Shown piece after piece: positions 47,952-57,026 of a stretch of DNA of 64,000 nucleotides (position 1 is the first letter of the stretch; each line of letters begins with the position of its first letter). Source of the DNA: an uncultured Bacilli bacterium (GTDB lineage Bacteria > Bacillota_I > Bacilli_A > RF39 > UBA660); NCBI GenBank assembly GCA_934148015.1, contig CAKPCU010000003.1:16416-80415 (forward strand). The letters run 5' to 3'. The position numbers and the translations under genes are program-made. The notes beneath the pieces were generated by a model. That model saw nothing but the letters and a program-made list of their open reading frames with translations, had not been told where the DNA came from and did no database searches.

Positions 47952-48731
47952 ATAGCAAAATATAAAGTAGAAATTACAGGGCTTAATACAAGTTTAATTG
48001 AAGTACTAAGTGAGAATGAAAAAAATGATTTATTTAAAAAATATAAAAATGGGGACATGGAAGCTAGAGAAAAACTAATTAACGGTAATATGAGACTTGT
48101 TTTATCTGCACTTAAAGGGTATCAAAATAGATGCGATAATATGGATGATCTATTTCAAAATGGTTGTATAGGTCTTGTTAAAGCGGTAGATAACTTTGAT
48201 TTATCATATAATGTTAGATTTTCTACCTATGCAGTTCCATTAATACTAGGAGAAATAAGAAGATACTTAAGGGATAATAATAGTAATATTAGAATATCTA
48301 GAAGTATTAAAGACTTAGCATATAAAGTACTTAAATTAAAAGAAGAGTCTTTTATATCAAATGGTAAAGAGCTAAGTAATAGTGATATATCTAAAATGCT
48401 TGATGTACCTGAAATAGATATTACCATAGCTTTAGATGCCTTAAGAGAACCAGCTAGCTTGTCAGAACCAATTTATAATAATGGTGGTGATACTATATAT
48501 TTAGAAGATCAAGTAGAATCTAAAAAAGAAAAAACTGATAACTGGGATACATTAATATTTTTACATGATGCAATTAATGATTTGAAACCAAAAGAAAAGA
48601 AAGTAATAACCGAAAGATTTATATTAGGAAAAACTCAAATGGAAATTGCAGATGAAATAGGTATATCACAAGCTCAAGTATCAAGGCTTGAAAAAGGTGG
48701 TATCGATAATATCAAAAAAAAGTTAATATAA
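47952..48731 (+). CDS. sigG: Sporulation sigma factor, SigG/SigF-like (start codon non-canonical or uncertain)
   Basis: ..YAVPLILGEIRRYLRDN.., ..IGISQAQVSRLEK... The region upstream of the first ATG (48057) encodes AKYKVEITGLNTSLIEVLSENEKNDLF, collinear with the B. subtilis SigG N-terminus. Confidence 0.8.
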   Translation: MAKYKVEITGLNTSLIEVLSENEKNDLFKKYKNGDMEAREKLINGNMRLVLSALKGYQNRCDNMDDLFQNGCIGLVKAVDNFDLSYNVRFSTYAVPLILGEIRRYLRDNNSNIRISRSIKDLAYKVLKLKEESFISNGKELSNSDISKMLDVPEIDITIALDALREPASLSEPIYNNGGDTIYLEDQVESKKEKTDNWDTLIFLHDAINDLKPKEKKVITERFILGKTQMEIADEIGISQAQVSRLEKGGIDNIKKKLI

Positions 48732-48732
48732 A

Positions 48733-48766
48733 AAAAGAGCTAAAAGTGTAACAAAAGCTCTTTTTC
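48733..48766 (+). terminator. Terminator after the sigma factor gene
   Basis: aaagagct-14 nt-agctcttt followed by a T-run. Confidence 0.55.
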
Positions 48767-48904
48767 CTCTGTGGTATAAAGGAGTAAGTAGTGTTTTTTT
48801 TGAGTGTATAAGTAGTAGTTAGTTTACCACAATCCTAACTACACTTTAATTGTATAATTTATTTTTTAAATATTAATATATAAATTATTAAAAATTATTA
48901 AATG

Positions 48905-50188
48905 TTAACAAGATGGAATAATAAATATTATGCTAAGTCCTTTAATAGAATTGTTTTTAGCATATATACATCCATCATGTGCAATTATTATTTGCTTACA
49001 AATAGAAAGACCAAGACCAGATATTTTTCTAGATGGATCTGATGTGTATAAAGGCTCAAATATCTTCTTTAAGTTCTTTTCATCTTCTATTCCACCACCA
49101 TTATCTGCTACTTCTATTTTCACTTTACCAGCTCTATAGTTAATAACAACGTTAATTATTCCCTCTTTAGATTTAAAATGAGTAACACTATTAGTTATAA
49201 TATTACTAAATACTCTTTTAATCTTAACTTCATCTATTTTAACTTTTTTATCATCACAATTACTTATTACTTTAAAAGTAATTCTTTTATCTTTAAGTTC
49301 TTCTTCATAGTCTCTTATAAGATTTTCTTTTATGGTTTTAATATCCATAACTTTATATTTTAAAGTCTTTTTTAAATTGCAACTTTGATAATCATCAAAC
49401 TCTTCTAGTATACTCTTCATAAGTAATGCTTGATTATATATTTTATCTATATATTTTACTTTTTTTTCTTCATCCAACTTACTATTTTTAAGTCTATCAG
49501 TATACCCTATTACACTAGTAAGAGGAGTTTTTATATCATGAGATATAGATGCTATTATCTGATTTTGATATTCTTTTTCTATTTCAAGTTTATCTACCAT
49601 ATCAACGAATGTATTTTGTATTTGTTCAACTTGTTTTGGCATTTTTCTTTTAACAGGTATTTTACCATATTTATAATCATTTATATCTTTAATAGTAAGT
49701 TCTATCGGATTAATTAACTGTCTTGAGTTAAGTATAAAAAACGTAACTATTGTAACAGTAAGTAAAACTATTTCAAAAACCATAAAATTTCTAATAACTT
49801 TCATACCAGGAGTTATTGATAACTTACTATATGTAAGTTCATATTCATCATTATCAATTATTATATAAATAGTAGAAGAAAAAAGTTTATTCATATCTTT
49901 TTTATTAGTATATAAAATATTACCATATCTATCTTTTAAAGATACATAGCCACCATTCTCATTAACATATTTTCTAACTTCATCTTCAGTTTCAATAATA
50001 TCTTTATTTTTTATTTTATTAATAATAAAATAAAGGTTATTATTATTTTGATTTCTAATAGTAATTAAATCACTAGATATTTTATCCGATAAATAAAAGT
50101 TATAATAAGAAAAAAGTAAAAGAGAATTAATAATTAAAAGAGTTCCTAAAAAAATTAAAGTAAGTACTTTAGCTTTTGCTATTTTCAT
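48905..50188 (-). CDS. Sensor histidine kinase
   Basis: Two TM segments, H-box SHDIKTPLTSV, and ATPase boxes ITNSVTH, DNGGGI, GLGLSI. Confidence 0.9.
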   Translation of the reverse strand: MKIAKAKVLTLIFLGTLLIINSLLLFSYYNFYLSDKISSDLITIRNQNNNNLYFIINKIKNKDIIETEDEVRKYVNENGGYVSLKDRYGNILYTNKKDMNKLFSSTIYIIIDNDEYELTYSKLSITPGMKVIRNFMVFEIVLLTVTIVTFFILNSRQLINPIELTIKDINDYKYGKIPVKRKMPKQVEQIQNTFVDMVDKLEIEKEYQNQIIASISHDIKTPLTSVIGYTDRLKNSKLDEEKKVKYIDKIYNQALLMKSILEEFDDYQSCNLKKTLKYKVMDIKTIKENLIRDYEEELKDKRITFKVISNCDDKKVKIDEVKIKRVFSNIITNSVTHFKSKEGIINVVINYRAGKVKIEVADNGGGIEDEKNLKKIFEPLYTSDPSRKISGLGLSICKQIIIAHDGCIYAKNNSIKGLSIIFIIPSC

Positions 50189-50865
50189 GATAAATCCTTT
50201 ACAAACTTATAACCCATTCCCCAAATGGTTTTAATATATTTTTCATCTTTATCTAATTTGTTTCTAAGACTTTTAATATTAACAGCAACAGTTCCTATAT
50301 CACCATAATTATTTTTCCATACATTTTGATATATTTGGTCTTTAGATAAAACTATACCAGCATTTTCCATTAAATATCTTAAAAGTTCAAACTCTTTAGT
50401 AGATAAAGTTATAGCTTCATCATTTTTAAATACTTCAAAGCTTTCTTTATTTAACTTAATTTCACCAATTTCTATTATATTATTAGTCTTTTTATCATAT
50501 CCTCTTTCTTCTCTTCTTAAATGAGCTTTAACGCGAGCTACTAATTCTTCATTTATAAATGGCTTTGTAATATAATCATCAGCTCCAACTTCAAAACCAA
50601 CTAATTTATCTATTAGCTGTGTTTTAGCTGTTACAAATATGATAGGAGCTGATGTTATGTTTCTAATACTTGCACAAACCTCAGTACCAGATGCATTAGG
50701 CATCATTATATCTAATAGTATCAAATTATATGAATTTTCTTTTACAGCACTAATAGCCGATGCACCATCATTTCTAATATCAGTTTTAAACCCTTCATCT
50801 TCTAATATATCAGAAATTAATTCTGCTATATCATTTTCATCATCTACAATTAAAATCTTTTCCAT
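50185..50865 (-). CDS. OmpR-family response regulator
   Basis: Receiver domain (..LILLDIMMP..) plus winged-helix C-domain (..IWGMGYKF..). Overlaps the kinase gene by 4 nt. Confidence 0.92.
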   Translation of the reverse strand: MEKILIVDDENDIAELISDILEDEGFKTDIRNDGASAISAVKENSYNLILLDIMMPNASGTEVCASIRNITSAPIIFVTAKTQLIDKLVGFEVGADDYITKPFINEELVARVKAHLRREERGYDKKTNNIIEIGEIKLNKESFEVFKNDEAITLSTKEFELLRYLMENAGIVLSKDQIYQNVWKNNYGDIGTVAVNIKSLRNKLDKDEKYIKTIWGMGYKFVKDLS

Positions 50866-50923
50866 AATAAACCACCATAATAATTATAGCACTTATTTTT
50901 AATATTAATAATTAAAAATTATT

Positions 50924-50948
50924 AAAGAAAAAAGACCAAATGGTCTTT
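50924..50948 (-). terminator. Terminator after flp
   Basis: aaagacc-aaat-ggtcttt with a U-run on the minus strand. Confidence 0.55.
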
Positions 50949-51138
50949 ACTTACATGTTCCTTCTCCTGGATTATCACCTTTTTCGTATTTTTGTCCAGT
51001 AAGTTCACAAGATGCTTTAGTTATTGAATCTTTAATACTACCCCCAAAAATCTTAATCGCACTTATCGCTATTACTGAAACTAAGGCTATAATTAAAACA
51101 TACTCAATTAAAGCTTGTCCTTTATTATTTTTTTTCAT
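50947..51138 (-). CDS. flp: Flp-family type IVb prepilin
   Basis: MKKNNKG|QALIEYVLIIALVSVIAISAI.. (G/xxxxEY motif). ATG 51138 follows GAGGGTG. 63 aa. Confidence 0.8.
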   Translation of the reverse strand: MKKNNKGQALIEYVLIIALVSVIAISAIKIFGGSIKDSITKASCELTGQKYEKGDNPGEGTCK

Positions 51139-51269
51139 ATTAAACACCCTCTATCTAACTAATAATAGTGTATCATTTTATAATGTGTTTTGTCAATTAG
51201 TGTTATAACAATTTGTAAATAGCAGTTTACTTTTTTTATTTTTTCTTGTATTATTTAACTGGTGATAAT

Positions 51270-51545
51270 ATGAAAAATTTCAATAATATTAAGATAAGAG
51301 AAGCTAAAACATTTATTGAAAGATTAATTGGACTAATGTTTAAAAAAAATATTAAAGATGGTTTAGTATTTAAAAATTGCAAAAGCATTCATACGTTTTT
51401 CATGAAAGAAGAAATTGATGTTGTTGCAACTGATATAGATGACAACATAGTTAAAGTATATAAATCAGTTAAAAAAAATAGAATAATAATTGCACCAAGA
51501 AATACTTACAATATTTATGAATTACCAAAAGGCACCATAAAATGA
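51270..51545 (+). CDS. DUF192 (COG1430-like) protein
   Basis: ..RLIGLMFKKNIKDGLVFKNCKSIHTFFMKEEIDVV.. pattern. ATG 51270 follows GGTGAT. Confidence 0.65.
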   Translation: MKNFNNIKIREAKTFIERLIGLMFKKNIKDGLVFKNCKSIHTFFMKEEIDVVATDIDDNIVKVYKSVKKNRIIIAPRNTYNIYELPKGTIK

Positions 51546-51551
51546 TGCCTT

Positions 51552-52157
51552 TTATTTTGCCCTAGCCTTTACGTAATATCTTTCCTTACCACCTTTTGTA
51601 CATGTAACCAAAGTAACTATCTTCTCATTCATATTATCATTTTTTAAGTACGACGCATCATCTATACTAGTTACTTTATAATCATATACGTAGTAATCTA
51701 TACTTCTACCAGATAAATCAGTGATAGTAATAACATCATTATTTACTAACCTTTTAATTTTTATGAAATAATTACCTCTCATAAAATTATGACCTCCTAA
51801 AACCACATTACCATTAGAATTTAAATTAGGTCCGTACATTTTAACAATTGCCGTATCATAAGCTAATTTTGTATTTTCCTTTAAAATAGGTTCGTATAAA
51901 TTAATCTTTTTAATCCTTATCTTACCAAGTACAGTATAATTCATTTTATTATAGGTAATATTTTCTTCACTTTTTGTACTTTTATCACTATTATCTTCTA
52001 TTTTTTTATCTACTTTTTCTATTATTTCATTTCTTATTTCCTTTCTTTTTCTTTCTCTAAAATTTGTATATATCCAAAGAAAAACAAAAACATATAAGCA
52101 AACTACTATAATAACCATAATTATATCTAAAATAATTTCTCTTTTATTTTTTTTCAT
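51552..52157 (-). CDS. Sortase-family transpeptidase
   Basis: N-terminal TM, catalytic His (VVLGGHNF), TLVTC Cys motif and C-terminal Arg (RYYVKAR). Confidence 0.85.
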   Translation of the reverse strand: MKKNKREIILDIIMVIIVVCLYVFVFLWIYTNFRERKRKEIRNEIIEKVDKKIEDNSDKSTKSEENITYNKMNYTVLGKIRIKKINLYEPILKENTKLAYDTAIVKMYGPNLNSNGNVVLGGHNFMRGNYFIKIKRLVNNDVITITDLSGRSIDYYVYDYKVTSIDDASYLKNDNMNEKIVTLVTCTKGGKERYYVKARAK

Positions 52158-52165
52158 CTTATCAC

Positions 52166-52330
52166 CTATACTTTAATATATGGTTTTAATAAATCATATC
52201 CAAAAAAATATGTTAGCAAGCCCAAAACAAGTAAGACTACCAAAGATATAATTATACCAATCATAAATTTATCTTTTTTCCTTTTTTCTTTTTCATTATC
52301 AGAAACATCAATTATTTTAAACTCATCCAT
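52166..52330 (-). CDS. 54-aa single-TM protein (unannotated small ORF)
   Basis: Own translation: MDEFKIIDVSDNEKEKRKKDKFMIGIIISLVVLLVLGLLTYFFGYDLLKPYIKV. Tightly packed between the WG-repeat gene and the sortase gene. Confidence 0.5.
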   Translation of the reverse strand: MDEFKIIDVSDNEKEKRKKDKFMIGIIISLVVLLVLGLLTYFFGYDLLKPYIKV

Positions 52331-52335
52331 AACAA

Positions 52336-54174
52336 TTATTCATCTCCTATAGTTTTATCAACATATATTAATTTTCCTTTATAATTATAATACTCATTTT
52401 TTATTATTATATAATCCGAATAAGCTTTATACTCAGTATTAAATGAAGTTATGTTAATACTTTTTTTCGTGGATGGAAAAATAATCATATCATATAAATC
52501 AGAGGATACTTTAACAATATTATAATCATTATCAAATAATACATCATTATAATATTTATTATCATATCTTTTACCATTTTTATTATATAATGCATATCTA
52601 TTATCTTTTTTAACAGCATAAAAAACATTATTAGTAAGTGAAGCAGAATTCTTTTTTACGTTTTCACCAACCATTTTTAAATCAATATTATCAAATGAGA
52701 TTATCTCTTTGCCACTTTTATTTATAACGCCATAACCATCATTTGTTTTAGCGATAGCCTCTCCAAAAAAATCAAAACTATTTATCTCTATAAAGTGTTT
52801 ATCAGTAATAATTTTACCGTCAGTATCCATATAACCAAACGTATTATCATTATACCTTATAATGCAAGCTCCATTTTTAAATGGTTTTTCAACTGTAAAA
52901 TCAGCTAATACCTGCTTATATTCTGCTCCATCCCTAATCATATGAATAGTATTTTTATTTTTTCTAAAATCGTAATCCACATACACCAGTACACTATCAC
53001 CATAATAAAATTCATTATCTTTTACATTTTCTTTAATAATTTTACTAGTACTAGTACTTATTAGATCATAATTAGAATTACTTTTTAGTGCTTTTAAGAT
53101 TCCTACTTTATCTGACTCAATCGATAATAATTCGTATTGACTACTTTCAAAGGTAACCTTATCATCTTTTACATAAATGTAATTATTACCATTATTAGTT
53201 TCTTCTTTAAAAACGTTATTTTCTAGTGGTTTTATTTTATTTAATGTTGGTTTAGTAACTTCAAAACCAGTTTGTACATTTACTATTTTATATGATGAAT
53301 TAATTTCTAAAACAGCATATATATCTTTAGAGTTTTCAGCAGTTTGCTTTGAAATATTTATTTTAATATTTTTATCTACATTATCTGTTAATTTATACTT
53401 ATATATTATCTTACCATCATTATTTATCAAACCCACTTCGTTTTCTTTTTTATACAAAAATATATCATCATAAAAATCAATAGAATCATACATAAACTCT
53501 GTAATTACTTTCAAATCGGCATTCAAAATACCATATTTTAATCCTGAATTAGTGATTTTAGATGCAATTATGTTATTTGAAGCTCTATTTAAAGAAAAGT
53601 ACTTTCCAGTTTTAACAGCTTCTTTACCACCTTTATCAATTATTAATGGTAAATTAGATGAATTTTTTACAATTGCATATCCATTTACATAGTCTCCTGC
53701 AAAATCATATTTAGGATTTACTAAAACATTACCAGTGTAATCAATATAACCAAACTTTCTATTTTGAGTAATCTTAATTGGTTTAATGTCACTAGCATAT
53801 ACTTTTATATTATTTAATATTTTACCTGTCTTGGTAAGAAAAAATTCAAAGCAAAATAGCATAACGATAATTGTATATATCATAACTTTACCAACTATTT
53901 TTTTAGTCTTCAAACTTTTTATATTAAAATCTCTGATGGACGGAGTATATTCGTCCAATTTTTCTATATCAACATTTATAAATTCTTTTTTATCATCAGA
54001 TACTTTATCTAGTAACTCTTCTAAATTTTTATTGTTTTCCTCTTTATTCTTTTTTATATCTTCATCAAAAAAATCTAACATTTCATCTATTTTATTAGAA
54101 ACTTCTTCATCAAGAGAAAGTGTTTCAACAGAAGAATCTGAATCAAAATCTAAAATTTCTTCTTCATCTTTCAT
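52336..54174 (-). CDS. Membrane-anchored WG-repeat (KWG-like) protein
   Basis: Acidic N-tail, one TM, then many ..GYID..G..VI.PKYD.A..F..G.A.V.. repeats. ATG 54174 follows AAGGAGGTG. Confidence 0.75.
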   Translation of the reverse strand: MKDEEEILDFDSDSSVETLSLDEEVSNKIDEMLDFFDEDIKKNKEENNKNLEELLDKVSDDKKEFINVDIEKLDEYTPSIRDFNIKSLKTKKIVGKVMIYTIIVMLFCFEFFLTKTGKILNNIKVYASDIKPIKITQNRKFGYIDYTGNVLVNPKYDFAGDYVNGYAIVKNSSNLPLIIDKGGKEAVKTGKYFSLNRASNNIIASKITNSGLKYGILNADLKVITEFMYDSIDFYDDIFLYKKENEVGLINNDGKIIYKYKLTDNVDKNIKINISKQTAENSKDIYAVLEINSSYKIVNVQTGFEVTKPTLNKIKPLENNVFKEETNNGNNYIYVKDDKVTFESSQYELLSIESDKVGILKALKSNSNYDLISTSTSKIIKENVKDNEFYYGDSVLVYVDYDFRKNKNTIHMIRDGAEYKQVLADFTVEKPFKNGACIIRYNDNTFGYMDTDGKIITDKHFIEINSFDFFGEAIAKTNDGYGVINKSGKEIISFDNIDLKMVGENVKKNSASLTNNVFYAVKKDNRYALYNKNGKRYDNKYYNDVLFDNDYNIVKVSSDLYDMIIFPSTKKSINITSFNTEYKAYSDYIIIKNEYYNYKGKLIYVDKTIGDE

Positions 54175-54249
54175 GTATAACACCTCCTTATTTTAATTTT
54201 ATAATAAATGATATTAAAAAACAAGAGTTACACTATATAAGTGTAAATA

Positions 54250-55542
54250 TTAACCTTTAATTTCACCTATAAGTATTTTATCTTTATATTCTTTTACGTT
54301 TACATAAACGTCCTTACCTATTAGTTTCTCACATCCTTTTAATTTAACTAATAAATAATTATCTGTATGTCCTTTTAAATATCCATCTTCATAAACCTCT
54401 GGTATTATGCATACCGTTTTACCAACATAAGCCTTATAGTATTGTTCTTCCAACTCGTTAAATTTACTTATCAATTCTTTACATCTTTTATGTTTTACAT
54501 CATTAGAATTTTGTCCTTTCATACTAGCAGCTGGAGTACCACGTCTAGCAGAAAATGGAAATACATGTCCCCCTGCAAAATTAACTTTGCTTACAAAATC
54601 TAGCGTTTCATTAAAATCTTCTAAAGTTTCATTTGGAAAACCTACTATAACATCAGTTGTAATAGCAATATCTGGTCTTATTTTTCTAATTTCATTAATC
54701 TTATTTATATAATAAGCCTTATCATATTTTCTATTCATTAATTTTAAAATATGATTACTACCAGCTTGAAGTGGTATGTGAATATGATTAACTATTTTAT
54801 CACAACTTCTTAAAGTATCTAAAAACTTATCATTCAACTCAGTTATTTCAACTGATGATATTCTAATTCTTTCAAGTCCATTTATTTTTTGTAGATTTCT
54901 TAATAAATCACTAAAGTCATAATCCTTAAAATCAGAGCCGTAATGACCTGTATGTATTCCTGTTAGAACTATTTCTTTATAACCGTTTTTTGTTAATTTT
55001 TCAACTTCATCTATTACCTTTTTTGGATTTTTACTTCTTACTTTACCTCTTACATATGGAATTATGCAATATGAACAAAAATTCTCACAACCATCTTCTA
55101 TCTTAACTAGTGCTCTTGTTCTTGTATTAAAGTAACTTATTTCCATATCATCAAAAGATGCATCATTAATATCTTCTATGCAAACTTTCTTTTTTCTATT
55201 TTTAATATAATCTTCTATCAAATCAACTATCCTACTCTTATCCTTATTACCAATTACAATATCTATATAATCCATAATAGCATTGTCATTATCTCTAATT
55301 TGAGTAAAGCATCCCATTGCTGCAACTATTGCATTTTTATTTTTAGCCCTTGCTTGTCTTATTATTTTTCTAGACTTTTGATCGCTTGTGTTAGTTACGG
55401 TACAAGTGTTAATTAAATAAATATCAGCTGTACAATCTTCAAAAGAAGTTAACTCATATCCTCTTTTTAAAAATTCTTTTATAACAAATTCACTTTCATA
55501 CGTATTAACTTTACAACCTAAAGTATAAACTGCAAACTTCAT
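54250..55542 (-). CDS. mtaB: MiaB-like tRNA methylthiotransferase MtaB
   Basis: MTTase N-domain, radical-SAM CENFCSYC, TRAM-like C-terminus. Confidence 0.85.
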   Translation of the reverse strand: MKFAVYTLGCKVNTYESEFVIKEFLKRGYELTSFEDCTADIYLINTCTVTNTSDQKSRKIIRQARAKNKNAIVAAMGCFTQIRDNDNAIMDYIDIVIGNKDKSRIVDLIEDYIKNRKKKVCIEDINDASFDDMEISYFNTRTRALVKIEDGCENFCSYCIIPYVRGKVRSKNPKKVIDEVEKLTKNGYKEIVLTGIHTGHYGSDFKDYDFSDLLRNLQKINGLERIRISSVEITELNDKFLDTLRSCDKIVNHIHIPLQAGSNHILKLMNRKYDKAYYINKINEIRKIRPDIAITTDVIVGFPNETLEDFNETLDFVSKVNFAGGHVFPFSARRGTPAASMKGQNSNDVKHKRCKELISKFNELEEQYYKAYVGKTVCIIPEVYEDGYLKGHTDNYLLVKLKGCEKLIGKDVYVNVKEYKDKILIGEIKG

Positions 55543-55599
55543 AATAATCCTCCTATAATATGTTTCAATCTAAGATAAAAAGGCTTTTTAAGCCTTTTA

Positions 55600-56202
55600 T
55601 CATTCATCATCATCCATGTTCTTTCTTATTCCATACACAGGTGAAATAACTTGTGAAACTTTAAATGCTTTAACTTCACCATCATTTTCATGATTCATAA
55701 CATTGTTTGTAACCTTGCTAACTTCTGCAGGTTCCAAATTATATTTTTCAAGATAATTAATCCCTGTATTTTCTTCATCATCTATAAGTTCTAATTCTTT
55801 AGCTTTCATTATTAATTCATCAATTGAAATAATAGCGGTTTTTTCTTGATCTTCTTCAAAATTTGTAAGAGTAATCGGACTTTCATCTTTTAAAGCTTCA
55901 CTAACTCTTTGAGCAATATCTTCTACCTCGGTTTGCTCGTTAGTATATAATACTTCTGTTTTTTCTTTATTATATTCTTGCTTTTCTTTTTTGCTATCTA
56001 AATCTTTATCATTAATAAATTCTCTTTCTTTTTTAATAACCTTCTTAAACTTTCTATTTTCAATAATGTTAGATATTAATAATAAGATGGACAAAACTAC
56101 TATTAAAAATAATATAGATGAAAAAATTATTTGACCAAAAGTATTTAAATTATCATAAAAATTATTAAAAGAATACGATGCTGATGCCAATAACTTCTTC
56201 AT
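55600..56202 (-). CDS. Hypothetical single-TM protein with acidic C-terminal domain
   Basis: ATG 56202 follows GAGGTGAT and overlaps the rsmE stop region. No motif recognised. Confidence 0.5.
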   Translation of the reverse strand: MKKLLASASYSFNNFYDNLNTFGQIIFSSILFLIVVLSILLLISNIIENRKFKKVIKKEREFINDKDLDSKKEKQEYNKEKTEVLYTNEQTEVEDIAQRVSEALKDESPITLTNFEEDQEKTAIISIDELIMKAKELELIDDEENTGINYLEKYNLEPAEVSKVTNNVMNHENDGEVKAFKVSQVISPVYGIRKNMDDDE

Positions 56203-56207
56203 ACAAA

Positions 56208-56906
56208 TCACCTCATAAATTCATAATATATCATAGAAAGTGCAACAATGGGAGCTGTTTCTGCTCTAAGACAATTATTTCCTAGACTTACACTAACAAA
56301 TCCATTTTTAATTAATATTTCTTCCTCAGTTTTATCGAATCCACCCTCAGGACCCGTAACAATTAATATTGTATCATATTTTGTCTTATTTTGTAGTACT
56401 TTTTTAATATTTTTTGTTTTTTCATTTAAGGTACATAATATCTTTAAATCATAATTTAATTTTGCTAATTCATTTATAGATAAAACGTTATCAATACGTG
56501 GAATACTTATTCTAAAACTTTGCTCCGCAGCTTCCTTACAAATTGTTTGCCATCTTTTACTTTTCTTAGAGAAAGATGTCTTATCAAATTTAACAACAGA
56601 TCTTTTCGATTCGAATAAACAAAAATTTCTAGCTCCTACTTCAGTTCCCTTTTGTAATATATAATCTATCTTTTGCTCTTTTAACACTGGAAAACAAACA
56701 TCTATGTTCATTAAATCATCTTTTATTTCCTTTTTATCTACCACTTTAACAGTTTTCTTATTTGGATATACTTTACATTTATATAAAACCTTATTGTAAA
56801 CTATTTCTATTAAGTCCTCATCTTTCATTCTCATAACATTTCTTATATGATGATAATCAGTTTCCCTTAAATTTAAATCCTTATCTATTGCGAAATATCT
56901 TTGCAT
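56208..56906 (-). CDS. rsmE: 16S rRNA (uracil1498-N3)-methyltransferase RsmE
   Basis: MQRYFA.. N-terminus and ..TGPEGGF.. motif. ATG 56906 follows AGGAAGTGG. Confidence 0.85.
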   Translation of the reverse strand: MQRYFAIDKDLNLRETDYHHIRNVMRMKDEDLIEIVYNKVLYKCKVYPNKKTVKVVDKKEIKDDLMNIDVCFPVLKEQKIDYILQKGTEVGARNFCLFESKRSVVKFDKTSFSKKSKRWQTICKEAAEQSFRISIPRIDNVLSINELAKLNYDLKILCTLNEKTKNIKKVLQNKTKYDTILIVTGPEGGFDKTEEEILIKNGFVSVSLGNNCLRAETAPIVALSMIYYEFMR

Positions 56907-57026
56907 ATCATACCACTTCCTAACATAGTATAACAATATTTTTATTTTAAGTAAATAAATATAATTAAAACTGGTAAAAATTACAATTTATCTGTTATAA
57001 TGTTATAAGAAAGAAGGTTAACAGAT

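Noticed and set aside
48767-48904. Nested inverted repeats (TGTGGTA..TACCACA and GTAGTTAG..CTAACTAC) after the sigma-factor terminator, considered as a possible small RNA
   Set aside because: The stems are short in AT-rich convergent intergenic DNA. There is no promoter or terminator signature of its own and no family I recognise.
48930-49717. Three plus-strand ORFs opposite the histidine kinase gene
   Set aside because: The kinase on the minus strand has complete H, N and G boxes. The plus-strand products are low-complexity.
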